64,000 nucleotides of DNA from Gracilinanus agilis. Lineage: Eukaryota. Position 1 is the first letter of the stretch. Every line of letters starts with the position of its first letter. This document shows, one piece after another, positions 1 to 11,754 of this stretch. The position numbers were made by a program, and so were the translations under genes. The stretch covers positions 401,173,885-401,237,884 of the forward strand of contig NC_058131.1 in the NCBI RefSeq assembly GCF_016433145.1, in the 5' to 3' direction. The notes beneath the pieces are model-generated. The model had not been told where the DNA came from and did no database searches. It worked only from the letters and a program-made list of their open reading frames with translations.

Positions 1-300
1 GGGTGGGGTGGGGCGGGGAGGGCGGGGCCGGCGATCGGAGGGGAGGGCGCCGCGCAGCCGCCGAGGTTCCGGGAACTGCGCCCCCTGCAGGGTGGAAGTT
101 GTCAAAGCCGGAACGGCCGGAAAAGAGGAAACAGGGTAGGAGGAAGAGGAGGAGAAGAGAGACTTGGAATTCGAGAGCGTCTCAAACCCTGACTTGCAAA
201 ACTATGAAACTCCGGGTTTAGAACTGAGTGGGTGAATGGGCGAAGTCCTAGGAGGTCCTTAAGGCCGATCACCCCTTTCTTATTTTACAGACTAGGGAGG
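1..300. promoter_or_regulatory. CpG-rich promoter, probably the upstream region of RNF14 (transcribed leftwards)
   Basis: CpG-dense versus the rest of the window; GC boxes GGGGCGGGG near 10-28; tandem ETS CCGGAA at about 108-122; CTCF-like motif at 78-91. Identity inferred from eutherian order RNF14-PCDH12-DELE1; no coding exon is visible. Confidence 0.6.
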
Positions 301-844
301 TGGGGACTCGGAAGGCAAGTTGGCTTTCCCAAAATCACACAGGAGAATAGAGCTATTAATTCATTCATTTATTCATACGCCTGATTCCAGGGCTCTTTCT
401 GCTAAGCTCCTTCTAGATGAGACTCCAGAAGATGTTTTCCGCTATTTGCTTCCCCTTATGTGGTGTGAGATCATGGAGAACCTCAGAGAGTATTCCTCGT
501 TTGCAAATTTGGAAATGGAAGCCCAGAAAACCTGTTTCCACTATATTTGCCTTTCTGGTCCCGTTCCTGTTTTCCCTAATTGGCTATCTATGTAAATAAC
601 CCCAGCCTTTCACTTCAAACCACCTTCCCCCCCAATTCAGGGAGTTGATTTCATAAAATTGTTAGTATCAAAGGCCATCAAAACACTTCTTTACCTGTAC
701 ACTTTAAGAACTGACCCCTCACTGCATCCTGTTTCTTTTCTCCAACTCTTTGCCAAGATCGGGCAAGCTAGGTTGAGCAACTATAAGCTGCATTGAGTAC
801 AGAAGGTCCAAGGACTAAAGCAATTCCCAATAGAATACTAATAT

Positions 845-1025
845 TTTTTTAACCCTTACCACCTTCTGTCTTAGAATTGATAGTATTGGTTCCAAGGCAA
901 AGGATTGGTAAGGCTAGGAGTTAAGCTTCTTGCCCCAGCTAGGAAGTGTCTGAGACCAAATTTGAAATCAGGACATATCCTATTCTCCAGGCCTGGCTCT
1001 ATTCACTGAGCCACCTGGCTGTCCC
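845..1025 (-). mobile_element. SINE1_Mdo-type CORE-SINE
   Basis: Reverse complement of GGGCAGC..CAGTG..CCTTGGAACCAATAC..GAAGGTAAGGGTTAAAA. Confidence 0.85.
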
Positions 1026-1444
1026 AGAATGTTAGTTTTTATTTGATATGTAAAACGTAGATCATTATTTGGGTTGAGAAACCCTGTTGAAGATAAAAAA
1101 AATAAGATCCCTTCCAACTCTAAAATTCTCTGATTTTATGGTAGCTCAACAAAATGGTTAAACTGAACTGAGACAGTTGAGGTGCCCCACCTTAAAGGAC
1201 CATACCTAGAACTCAGATCTCTTTTTGTTCCAGGAATTCCATTTCTTTGTACTTGGGGAAGGGGAAAAGTCCACCAGAAGGTTGTTTGGGGATTTTTCCC
1301 TTGTCCAATCTGGTAGCAAGGAATTCCCAGTTATTTCTGCTAACAATTTTTTTTTTTTGCATTGAGTAGGCATGAATAAAAATAGTTGGCATTTATATGG
1401 AGTTTTACATACAGCAAATGTTACTTCAAAACAACTGTTAGGTT

Positions 1445-1600
1445 GATATACCTTAGTATGCCCATTTTATAGATGAGGAAACTGAGGCTTAGAGTGATTA
1501 AGTGACTAATTCCATAGTCACACATTATTAAGTATCAGAAAGAGTATTCAGAACCAGAGATCCCTAATTCCAGGTCCATTACTATCCACTCTAGTAGGAA
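1445..1600 (-). mobile_element. MIR
   Basis: CCCATTTTATAGATGAGGAAACTGAGGC core. Confidence 0.8.
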
Positions 1601-2262
1601 CTGGATTTAAAAAGAGAAATTAAGACTCTTAAGGTTATAACCTAGCAGCCACAGTGAAGCAGTATTCTAAGCAACATCACTTCACATATGCTTGCCCTCA
1701 GAGTCTTCTATTCTATTCTCCTAATTGTAAAATACTAGGGAAGGCACCTGCCAGCACCAGGAGGGAGAAGGGAGACGAGGGCAGGGGAGAGGGGGGATAT
1801 AGTTCTACAGTTCTGCACGTTGTATAACTTGGAAAACTTGTGTGAAAATTTATTACATATAACTGGCAAAAATTAAATAAATAAAGCACCAGCAGAAGGA
1901 AAAGAGAGTTGGAGCTCAGAATTCTTAATCCAATCATTGAGGGTAATACTCATGAGATGAGTGGCTAAGACAATATACATAATAGAATTATAGGTTAATA
2001 TCATAAAAATGCCATATTGTGCAGTACAATCAATAAGTACAAAAGGAGTTAAAGGGAGAAAATAATGTAGATGGGGGGGGGGAAGGCTGGACGTAGATTC
2101 AAGATTGGTCTGACTAAAGCAGACCAAGCATTGGTGTTTGTCTAAGCATCAGCCTTGTATTATAAAGCAAACAATTGCCTTTCCCCATTTGCCTTTTATA
2201 AATCTGAATTTTCACAGATCAAATTTGATTAAAGACTAGTCCACAAATGAACTATAGCTCTA

Positions 2263-3388
2263 TCTATAATAGAAACAAAACTAGAAAAATCAGGAAGAAT
2301 GAAATTCATCTGACCAAATTCATCAATTTCACTAACAATCAGCATAGACAAAAAGGAGAGAAAAATCCTGCCTCCTCCTTTTCCCAAAATAGAAACCAAA
2401 TGAAATGCTCAGCCAGATGCTAATAGTAAATAGCCTGAAGTAAGTGTCGGGCAGATGAAAGAGCTCATACCTTCTCCATCACAGGCCCGTAGAGCTTTAT
2501 TATTACACAGCAATTCTTGTATCATTTGTATGCTTCCTTGTACCCTTCATTACCAAATGTGAGATTTGTATGTGAGATTACAGGATTCAGTATGAGTCTA
2601 TAAGGTAATACATAAGGATTTATCTAAGATAGGTATAGTCACAGGTTTAATTATGACATCATGTGATGTCACAGACAGCGAGTGGAGATAATTGAAGATG
2701 ATGGCTCCTGATGTTGGAATTTTGTCATCAAGGTAGTTGGTTAGTATTGATAAGTGCCAAAAATGACCATGACCTTTTGATCCTATATAGATTTTAGAGA
2801 TGTTTTTATGGTCCAAAGCTGAATTTTAGGATTGAATTTAGGAAAGTGTTTGAGTCAACCAGAATTTGGTTATAGTAGGAATAACAAGATTGGTTTTCTT
2901 AATACAGCCAGATAAGTTTTGTCAATTATGATGTTAGAGAAAGCTTTTTTCCTGTCCTTAAGGAACCTGTAGTCTAGTACAGTGATGGGCAAACAGCCTG
3001 CGGGTCAGACACAGCTCCCTGAAACGTTCTATCCAGCCAATGACAGTATTCCTAATCTGATGAATACAATGAATAGGATACAGTACAATGAAACTTCGAA
3101 AGAGTTGCCTTAGAAACAGACAGATGAACATTTCCTTTCCTTTGGCCCCCTCTAAAAAGTTTGCCCATCACTGGTATAGTACATCGTCATAGCTACAAAT
3201 AAATCATTTTTATTTGATGGATGCCATTAGATAACTACAAAACTTGGGAAGCATTATCTGCAATTTAACAATCTCTATAATGAAAACAAAAACCTAGAAT
3301 AATGAGTCAAGAAGAATGAAATTCAGTTGACCAAGTTCACTAATGTCATTTTCACTAACAATCAGCATAGACAAAAAAGAGAGAAAAG
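2263..3388 (+). repeat. Dispersed direct duplication A (2263-2365) / A' (3274-3388)
   Basis: Both copies share TTTCACTAACAATCAGCATAGACAAAAA and AAGAATGAAATTCA..TGACCAA.TTCA. Confidence 0.85.
2980..3173. mobile_element. hAT (Charlie-like) non-autonomous MITE, 194 bp
   Basis: Perfect 15-bp TIRs CAGTGATGGGCAAAC / GTTTGCCCATCACTG; 8-bp TSD GTCTAGTA / GTATAGTA (7 of 8). Confidence 0.92.
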
Positions 3389-3435
3389 CCCAAAGTTCAT
3401 TCCAAGTTCAGTGCTCTTTCCACCATGTTCTCCGT

Positions 3436-5050
3436 CTCTGTTTGGTTTGAAGCAGAGAAATCTTCATGGCCTCAGAGACTTATAAGTCTTGCAAAAAAAG
3501 GAAGCAAGACAACATCTCAGTATTTCTGATATCTAAAATATGGGTAGTATTTAAACTTGGTCCTCTCTGAGGGTGAGTTGGATTAATTGATTAGAGAAAT
3601 ATTACAATTAAGTTCAAAGTTTTAGATAAAGGATTTTAAGTGACAGATATCATTGAGGAGCTATGTAGGTTTTTTCCATTCTCATTTTGAGTGTAGATAG
3701 ACAAAATTAAGTGACATTAGCAGACAAACTTTCAGAATCTAGATTGTGAGGTACAGTAGGTTTAGGTTGCAGTCTCACTGGTCATTTCCAGATGAGACAC
3801 TTAGCTATCTTGCCATCCACCTTGTCGTTCTTTACAACCTCACAGCTGGACCAAAGGTGAGGTCCTGAAGGAGCTAGACTAGCTTTGGGACTCTGGACCT
3901 TTGGGTCAAATAGTCTTGTTTAATGAGAGCCAGCCCCAGAGTAAGATCATATTTCAATTAGGCTATTCTCTTGCCATAGGTCACTTTAGAGCAACATGGA
4001 CCCACTTGACACAGCAGTTATAGATGTTGTCTTTCTCTGTTACGATGTAAACTCTTTGGGGGCAGGGACAATAAATGCTTTTTCATTTACACCATTTCAA
4101 GCTAACACTGGGTTGCATAAATTGGACTGTTACATATATATGCATATATATATATAAAACATATAAATTTATGTCACATATATAAAACATATATATATAT
4201 AATACTTGTAAGTTTTCTTTAAACCCTGAAAGCAGAGTACATTGAGAAATGAAATCTCAAAAACAAGATGTAGGAATTCTCCTTTCATGCTGGATTCTAA
4301 AACCAGAGATTATATTTTGGGGTGATACATGAATGTAGAGAGTAACTCTAGATTGTCATTTCAAGAGAAGATTCCTAAATCAGCTGCTGGAGAAGAAACT
4401 TCAGAGGATTATGTCATATCTAAAAGACTCTTTTAGTGTCATTATAAGACTCATTCGAAGCAGTGGATCTAGAAAAAAAATTGTCGAGGATATTGAAAAA
4501 GCATACAGAAATCTTGATAATATTGGAAATTAAAGGGTCTGTGTATCTCTCCACAGCCCCAGGATGAATTTGTTGGTCCTCAAACTGTATTTCTAGAACT
4601 AGTGAAAGAAACTATGTCTTTTCTCTCTTGATTTTAATTTTTCCACTTTTAATAAGTATTCTCTGACATCCTCAGAAGATCTTTAGATTCATAAGAGACT
4701 GGAGAGGCAGAAGGAATGTTAGAAGCTTTCTTGCTTAGAATCCTTTGCAGTAATGTTCATTTTCTATTGACACTTTATTGCTTTCTAGATATTTGAATAG
4801 TAACTGCTTTCAATTCAATTCCAGCCAGAACAATAGGTCTCAGTTAAAAACAAGACACAAAACTGACTTGTTTTGTAAAAGTAGGCCACACTGAAGTCCT
4901 CAGATCTAGCCCAGAGTTTTCCCTCTTTGCTTGGTTTGAAGCAGAAAAGTCTTCATGGCCTCAGAGGCTTAGAGGAAATCTTGCAAAAAAAAAAAAAAGA
5001 AGAAGAAGAAGAAGAAGAAGAAGAAGAAGAAGCAAGAAGCAAGAAGCAAG
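3436..5050 (+). repeat. Dispersed direct duplication B (3436-3509) / B' (4924-5050)
   Basis: Both copies share TTGGTTTGAAGCAGA.AA.TCTTCATGGCCTCAGAG.CTTA...TCTTGCAAAAAAA..GAAGCAAG. Confidence 0.85.
4985..5050 (+). repeat. Compound microsatellite A14-(GAA)11-(GCAAGAA)n
   Basis: Read directly from the sequence. Confidence 0.95.
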
Positions 5051-5192
5051 CCAGCAATGCATAGCCCAAGAGACCTTTATTACAATTATCTTACCTCACA
5101 CAAGAGAAGGGCAAAGGTCTAAAATGAGATAACTCGGGGGTGGGAGGTGGGAGCAGGGAGGGCACAGACAGCAACACAAGGCTACAACCAGA

Positions 5193-5849
5193 TGTCATGA
5201 GTAAAAATCAATAAAGGTAAACAGGCATATTTTCTCTGAGCAAGATAATAGTTTATTAGCAGGGGCACTACCTGTTAATAAAGAAGGTCATTGGTCGTGT
5301 CAAGTTCAGCCAAAAACCTCAAAGAGAAGAATAGCTCCCCTTTTATAGTTTTTGGGGAATACAGAACGAAGAACAGGATTTCATGGGCAGAGAGCAAGTT
5401 ATGACTGGTACAGGGTTGGCAGCATTATGAGGATGAGGACAGAATGATTGGATACAGAATTGAGGTGAGGGAAACAATATGATTGGCTGGAAACTGAGAA
5501 TGATGAGGGGCTAACAACCCCCTCCTTCCCTCCTGTGACTAAGAAAAGTTCATTGTTTGAGTCCACCTGCAAAGTTAGAGATAGCAAAGCAGATGTCTTT
5601 GAAGGATACCTTGGTGGTGTACAGGTACCAGATTCCCTGATGTTGCCCAGCATCTTCCAAGGATAACAAATTTCCTTGAAGCGAGAATAAAATAGTGATT
5701 AACAGAAGAACTAGATTTCTAAACTTAATTCACTTCTGCACTAAGTTCAGAGACAAAGAACCATAACTTAAACAGATACAGAACAAAATCAATTAACTGT
5801 AAATAGGATCAATAAAAAAATAACTAGAGTCGATTTAATCTTCTTCACA
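5193..5849 (-). mobile_element. Solo ERV LTR-like element, about 657 bp
   Basis: TG...CA ends; on the - strand two CCAAT boxes, TATAAAA (about 5341-5347), then AATAAA (5252-5257) in U3-R-U5 order; no clean TSD. Confidence 0.65.
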
Positions 5850-7325
5850 GGGAAGATGCCAGACCTCAGGTATAATATTCCTCCACAGAAAGAGGAGTAA
5901 GTTGAGGAGGACAGGGAATAATGGGCAAAACTGCCCTTGAACCAGCTTCATCAAATATGTCACTTTCACTTCTAGTCAACCCCAGAGATAGCTGGAGCCA
6001 TTTCTTCTGACTACACAGAGTCACTCAGAAACACATTTTATGTTAGAGCAACTTGGCAGTAAGGGCTATGGGTTATATTGTGGGAAGGGAGAGGAGGACA
6101 GAAGGGAACAGATCTCATCTGAGCTCATCTGATTGGCCTCCCACCTCCTAATACCATAAACAGGGAGCTGCCAGGGATCAGCCGGGGAAAAGTCCCTAAT
6201 GTATAAGTATGAGGCATTGAAGTTTCCAGAAAAGGAATTTTAGGCAAACAAAATTTAGGCAAGCCCGAAAGAGGGAGGAAACATGTCTAGAGTAGAAGCA
6301 ACTTCTTCAAGAGACACTAGGCCCCCGTCTCCCACACACACACCCTATCAAAGACGTTATTTTGGCATATCAAAATCATATCATGATCAGTCCAACTGGG
6401 CCTAAGACATATTTCCATGCCATTTTTAAGGAATGTTATAATCACCTATTTATGTAAGCTGGACAAAGATAAATCACATTGGAAATATAATCTAAATTTC
6501 AGGTATGTGTGTGTATTTGTGTGAGTGTGTATAAAATGCTTTAAAGATCTGTGATGTCATCAGTCAACACAGAAGGTAACTTTTTTATGAACTTCATTGG
6601 TTGGCATAGCCAACTTGGTGAGAAGCCTCTGAATTTACCTAGGCTGGTCCTTAGACAATAGGTTATACAGTCAGCCATTGTGCCCATAGTAGAAGCCTAT
6701 CCTGCTGGCATAATATTTAAGAACCCAAATCTCTGTGCTATGATGAGGTTATCGGAGTAGGTAGAATTTCAGTGGTGGAGATTATAATAACAATAACTTA
6801 AAATTTTATGGTGTTTTAAGGTTTGCAAAGTGCTTTCTAAAAACTATCACATTATAATTATTCATCTATATGATTTGGATGAAAGATCAAAAGAATGTTG
6901 CAATATAATAAAAACCTCAGGGAATAATAGTGATCTCTATATAAGGCAACAGCATTTGACACTATATGAAATATTCTAGGACATTTTGGCGCATTCATAC
7001 ATAGAATGTAAGTGGAATCAGGGTAGAGACAAATATGACACCAAGGCACAAGGGAACCCTCCCTGTGGCAAACTGGAAATTGTTCTTAAACACCCTGAGA
7101 CAGTCTCTTTCCACCCTGCTGCACCAAGTACAATAATAAAGTAGTTCTCAATGTTGTTCACCTTCTGAGTGCTTAAATTACTCTTTGTTCTAAAGGTTAT
7201 GGCTAAGAGAGCGCTTGGTGGTAGTAGTTAAACTCAGCTCGCCCTCTCATATGAAAAGCTGACCCAATAGGTTAGGAAGAAGATGCTGAACAGGAAAGAA
7301 TAATTTTTAAAAATGAACTAATGTA

Positions 7326-7506
7326 GGGGGCAGCTGGGTAGCTCAGTGGAGTGAGAGTCAGGCCTAGAGACAGGAGGTCCTAGGTTCAAACCCGGCCTCA
7401 GCCACTTCCCAGCTGTGTGACCCTGGGCAAGTCACTTGACCCCCATTGCCCACCCTTACCAATCTTCCACCTATGAGACAATACACCGAAGTACAAGGGT
7501 TTAAAA
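7326..7506 (+). mobile_element. Young SINE1_Mdo
   Basis: Full length; 17-bp TSD AAAAATGAACTAATGTA at 7309-7325 and 7507-7523. Confidence 0.95.
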
Positions 7507-7789
7507 AAAAATGAACTAATGTAATGGAGGAATTTCATGGATGGTTCTTTCAATTTATAAACAATGCGACAATAAATTCATCTAGAGCTGATAATATGTA
7601 ACAAGGTTAATCAACAGTCAACTCTTGAATATTCATGCACAAATGATGTACATAGCAGACATGTTTTATCTTTGTGTTTCCTGATATAGTTTTCCAATTA
7701 ACTTTGCAAAAAAAATTGCTTTGCAATAACACTTAAAATGAGCTTATAAGAGGAACCTAGTTTGAGAACATACAAATATAAAAATTAAA

Positions 7790-8745
7790 GATCAACTTAT
7801 CCAGCCCTGACCTCTCTCCTGACCTCCAAGCTTGCATCTCCAACTGGATTCCAATAGATATTTCATATTTTATTTGCATATTATTTTTATATTTTTAAAC
7901 TTAACATGTCTAAAATTGAACCCATTCCTCACCCCATCCCTATCAAGGTCCTCCCCTCCTCTTCTTCCTAACTTTCCAGTTGTTGAGAGCACCACTGTCC
8001 CAGTCACCCAGGCTCACAAGCTAGGCATCACCCTAGACTTCTCACTCTTACCCCTATATTCAGCCTCTTAGCAAGGCCTGTCAATTCTACCTTTATCATA
8101 TCTCTTGTATACTCCCCCTTCTCTTCTCTGACTGACACCACCCTGATACAAGCCCTCATCACCTCATACAAGGACTCTTGCAATAGCCTGCTGGATAGTT
8201 TCCCTATCACTCTAGTCCATCCTCCACTCAGCTGACAATCTGAGCTCCCTAAAGCACAGGGTGGACCATGTTACACCCTTATTCAATAATAAGCTTCCAT
8301 CACAGTGGGGATGGACCAATCTAGACTCTAGACACTAGCTGTGTGACCTTGGGCAAGTCACTTTACCTGTTTGCCTTAATTCACTAGAAAAGGAAATGGC
8401 AAACCCCATGGACAGTATGATCCACAGGGTCAAGAAGAGTCAGACACAACTGAACAACAATATCACTGTAGCTTCCCATCACCTCAAAGATAAACTATAT
8501 ATTTTTTTAAACTATAAATTTAAAACCTTTCGCAATCTGGCCCCCTCTTACCTTTCCAGTCTCTCCTAGACATACTCATTGATCCAGTGACACAGGTCTC
8601 CTTGCTGTTCCTCCCACATAACACCCTACCTCTTGACTCTAGGCATTGTCACTGACTGTCCTCCATGCCTGGAATTCTCTCCCTACTCATTACTTCCTAG
8701 TTTCCCTGGCTTCCTTCAAGTCTCAGCTAAAATTCCACCTTTGAC
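7790..8745 (+). mobile_element. L2 LINE relic, resuming at 9373-9430 and 10145-10290
   Basis: CT-rich L2 ORF/3' motifs; 3' end ..GGTACATAATAGGCATTTAATAAATG at about 10250-10275. Confidence 0.75.
8305..8460 (+). mobile_element. MAR1 SINE (CORE plus RTE-type tail) nested in L2
   Basis: AAGGAAATGGCAAACCCCATGGACAGT..AAGAGTCAGACACAACTGAACAACAA. Confidence 0.8.
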
Positions 8746-8761
8746 AAGAAACCTTTCCTGA

Positions 8762-9356
8762 AAAATACTTGTACAAAAATATTCATAGCCACACTCTTTG
8801 TGGTGGCAAAAAATTGGAAAATGAAGGATTGTCCCTCGATTGGGGAATGGCTGAATGAATTGTGGTATATGATGGTGATGGAATACTATTGTGCTGTAAG
8901 GAATGATGATCTGGAGGATTTCTATATGAATTGGGAAAACTTCAGTGAATTGATGCAGAGTGAAGTGAGCCGAACCAGGAGACCATTGTACACAGAAAGT
9001 AAAATATTTTGAAACAACCCAATGTAATGGACTTTGTTACAAGTAGCAATGAAATAAGCCAGGACACTCCTGAAGGACTTATGGGAAAGAATGCTAACCA
9101 CATTGAGAGAAAGAACTATGGGAGCAGAAATGCAAAAGCAAAACATATGGCATCACTTATCACATGTATATATGGGTATGTGATTTGGGGTTTAGGCTTT
9201 AAAAGATCATTCTATAGCAAAAATGAATAATATGGAAATAGGTATCAAGTGTAACATTTGTACAGCCCAGTGGAATTGCTTGAAAGCTCTTGGAGGGAAG
9301 AGGGAAGAAAGGAGGGAAAGAAAATGAATCATGGAAACGAGGAAAAAAATTTAAAA
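8762..9356 (+). mobile_element. 5'-truncated L1 (ORF2 C-terminus plus 3'UTR) inserted in L2
   Basis: ORF VAKNWKMKDCPSIGEWLNELWYM; 16-bp TSD AAGAAACCTTTCCTGA at 8746-8761 and 9357-9372. Confidence 0.93.
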
Positions 9357-10889
9357 AAGAAACCTTTCCTGATTACCTTTAATGTTCGTGCCTTCCTCCT
9401 GTTGATTATCATCTATTTATCGTTTATATTTTCATGATTTTATTAGCACTCTCATTTACATCTTCCCATTGGCAACAGGGCACATCTATGGCTATACTCC
9501 TGTAACCTGAAATGCTGAAGGATCTCAAACAGTGAATGAAACAGAATCGCAGATGGATTATTTCAAGCTACAGCTATGAAGTTCAGAACATTGGAGGTAA
9601 TGTCAAGATCTCACCAGAATCTGCATCTTCTGACAGCACCAACAAATGTCCCAGCAATCTCTCCTTGGGTTTTCAGAGGGTGGCCAAGGTAGAGAGGATT
9701 ACAGCAGTATAGTATAGAGAACAAAATGGAATAGTACAACACCCTCTTACCACCATCATCTGACACAGTGAAAAGTAAGATTCAGGTTTAAAATTTTCAT
9801 GTCTGAAATTAATTTTTTATTGAGATATTAGCATAAAAGGTTACAGAAATCTAAAGAATTATTCATGAGAAAAAATGTTTTGTATGTTGCCAATTTTATA
9901 TACTGCGTTGTATGGGTTATTTCATGGTTATTGTATTAGGGAAAGTGCATATCAGAATTAATGTTTTGTTATGAAGAATTGTATGCAGAAAACTGTATTT
10001 TCAGCAATCTCTACCAGAAAATTAGTTATTGGTTCCCATGGAAACTTTACCCCCTATTTCCCATAGGTTCGATGTGTCAAATTGCAGTTTTTTTACTTTT
10101 CCACGGTTTTCTAGGAACTTTCCTCAAGGAAAAGTTGAAGGTTAACTGTAATTGTTTGCATGTTGTCTTCACCATTCAACTCTGAGTCCCTTGAGAGTGA
10201 AGGCTCTCTTTTGCCTTTATTTTACCCTCAGCACTTAACACAGCATCTGGTACATAATAGGCATTTAATAAATGCTCGTTGTCTGCCTGCCTGACCTATT
10301 ATTATGTGTTAAGCAAATTAAAGGTATTTAAAAAGGTTTTTTTTCCATTCTGACAGATGAAATTATTGCATAGATATATCCAAATGCTCTACAACCTTCC
10401 AGAAGAGCTGCTGAAAATACGAAATGCAGAATCTACCTAAAAAAAAGACCAACCACATACTTGTATCAAATAACATTTTTAATGAAAGTTGTATTAAGTT
10501 TTGCTAGAAATACAAACTGTAAAACTAACATTTATATCTGTTCTATAGTTAAAATGAGAGAAAATGGCATCTGACCACCTTGTGTTCAAGATTGAATATA
10601 TTTTTCATCATCTAAGGAAAAATTTATAAAAAAGTGATATATGTTTATCCTACTGTGACAGTAAATATCTCTAGATAATAAGTATGTGGTGAAACGCCTA
10701 TAAAAGCACATGATTATTAAGTAATTAGGTCAATTAAAAATAAGCATATTGGAACTTCTACATACAAATGAGCGCTACTTCCTTCAAATCAGTTCCCTGG
10801 GGAAAGCTTTTTGCGTACTAAAACAATCCTGGCTTTACCTAAAACATTTCTGGGACTCTTGTTTATCTCAAGTCCTCTTTCTAAGTTTT

Positions 10890-10959
10890 TGGCCACCAGA
10901 TGGCAATTGGGCAATATCATGGGAGTGTCATAAAAGCCTGTGATCAGCAGATGGCAGTG
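10890..10959 (+). promoter_or_regulatory. Two tandem CTCF-like motifs
   Basis: TGGCCACCAGATGGCAATT (10890-10908) and TGATCAGCAGATGGCAGTG (10941-10959) versus consensus CCASYAGRKGGCRS. Confidence 0.6.
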
Positions 10960-11444
10960 AATTCCCAGGTCTATCTGTTCTCTAGCTCCTTCATGGATGC
11001 AAAAGTATATGGCAATCTTTTCTTGTTTCTTGTAATTAAAGCAATTCTTATTTCTGAAACCAAGAATTGGAACACATGGTGTGACATAAGATTTTGCTTT
11101 TGTAAAGCCTCATAAACGTGTATTTCCTTTTCTTGGAATCAAGATCCTTTCAGAAAATCCAAGACGTGTGATCAGTGTGCCAAAAATGGATTGGGAGACA
11201 ACAATGGGCTTCTGCACTTTCCTGGACAGGAGGAAGAAATGAAAAATGGGCTTACCCTGGTCAAGAAAGCAAAACAAAAGGAAAGGGAGCAAGGTCATCT
11301 TTACTATTTGTATATGAAGCATGGAATCCAGGAAATTTAGAGTTGGGGGAAGGAAGTCTTGATTCAGGACTATACTTATGAATTATCTAAAAAATGGTAG
11401 GATGACTCCCAGGAATAGAAAGAAAGAAAGAAAATAAATGTAAA

Positions 11445-11658
11445 GGGGATAGCTGAGTGGTTCAGTGGATTGAAAGCCAGGCCTAGAGATGGGAGGTCCC
11501 AGGTTCAAATCTGGCCTCAGATACTTTCTAGCTGTGTGACTCAAGGCAAGCACTTGACCCACCCCCCTCACCCCCCTTACCTACCCCTTACTGCTCTTCT
11601 GTCTTAGAACCAACACACAGTATTGATCCTAAGATGGAAGGTAAGGGTTAAAAAAAAA
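11445..11658 (+). mobile_element. SINE1_Mdo
   Basis: tRNA-derived head, CORE and GAAGGTAAGGGTTAAAA tail. Confidence 0.88.
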
Positions 11659-11754
11659 GGTAAATATAAAACAGGGACTATGGCCTTGTACTTCCAGATA
11701 CTCCACTACCTAAGCATATTTATCAAAAGAAATCACCAAATATTCGCTTATTTT

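Noticed and set aside
2654-2671. Palindrome TGACATCA-TG-TGATGTCA
   Set aside because: Short; could be paired CRE-like sites but there is no contextual support.
4339-4533. 64 stop-free codons (RVTLDCHFKRRFLNQLL..AYRNLDNIGN) near a good + strand acceptor (about 4555)
   Set aside because: No initiating ATG, no recognisable homology, and the length is within the background of ORFs in this window.
6040-6500. Possible further LTR
   Set aside because: No convincing termini, TSD or TATA/poly(A) order.
7326-7400. tRNA-like A/B boxes in SINE heads
   Set aside because: tRNA-derived SINE heads, not tRNA genes.
8800-9230. ORFs resembling a protein fragment
   Set aside because: L1 ORF2 C-terminus and 3'UTR, not a host gene (same for 58659-58877).
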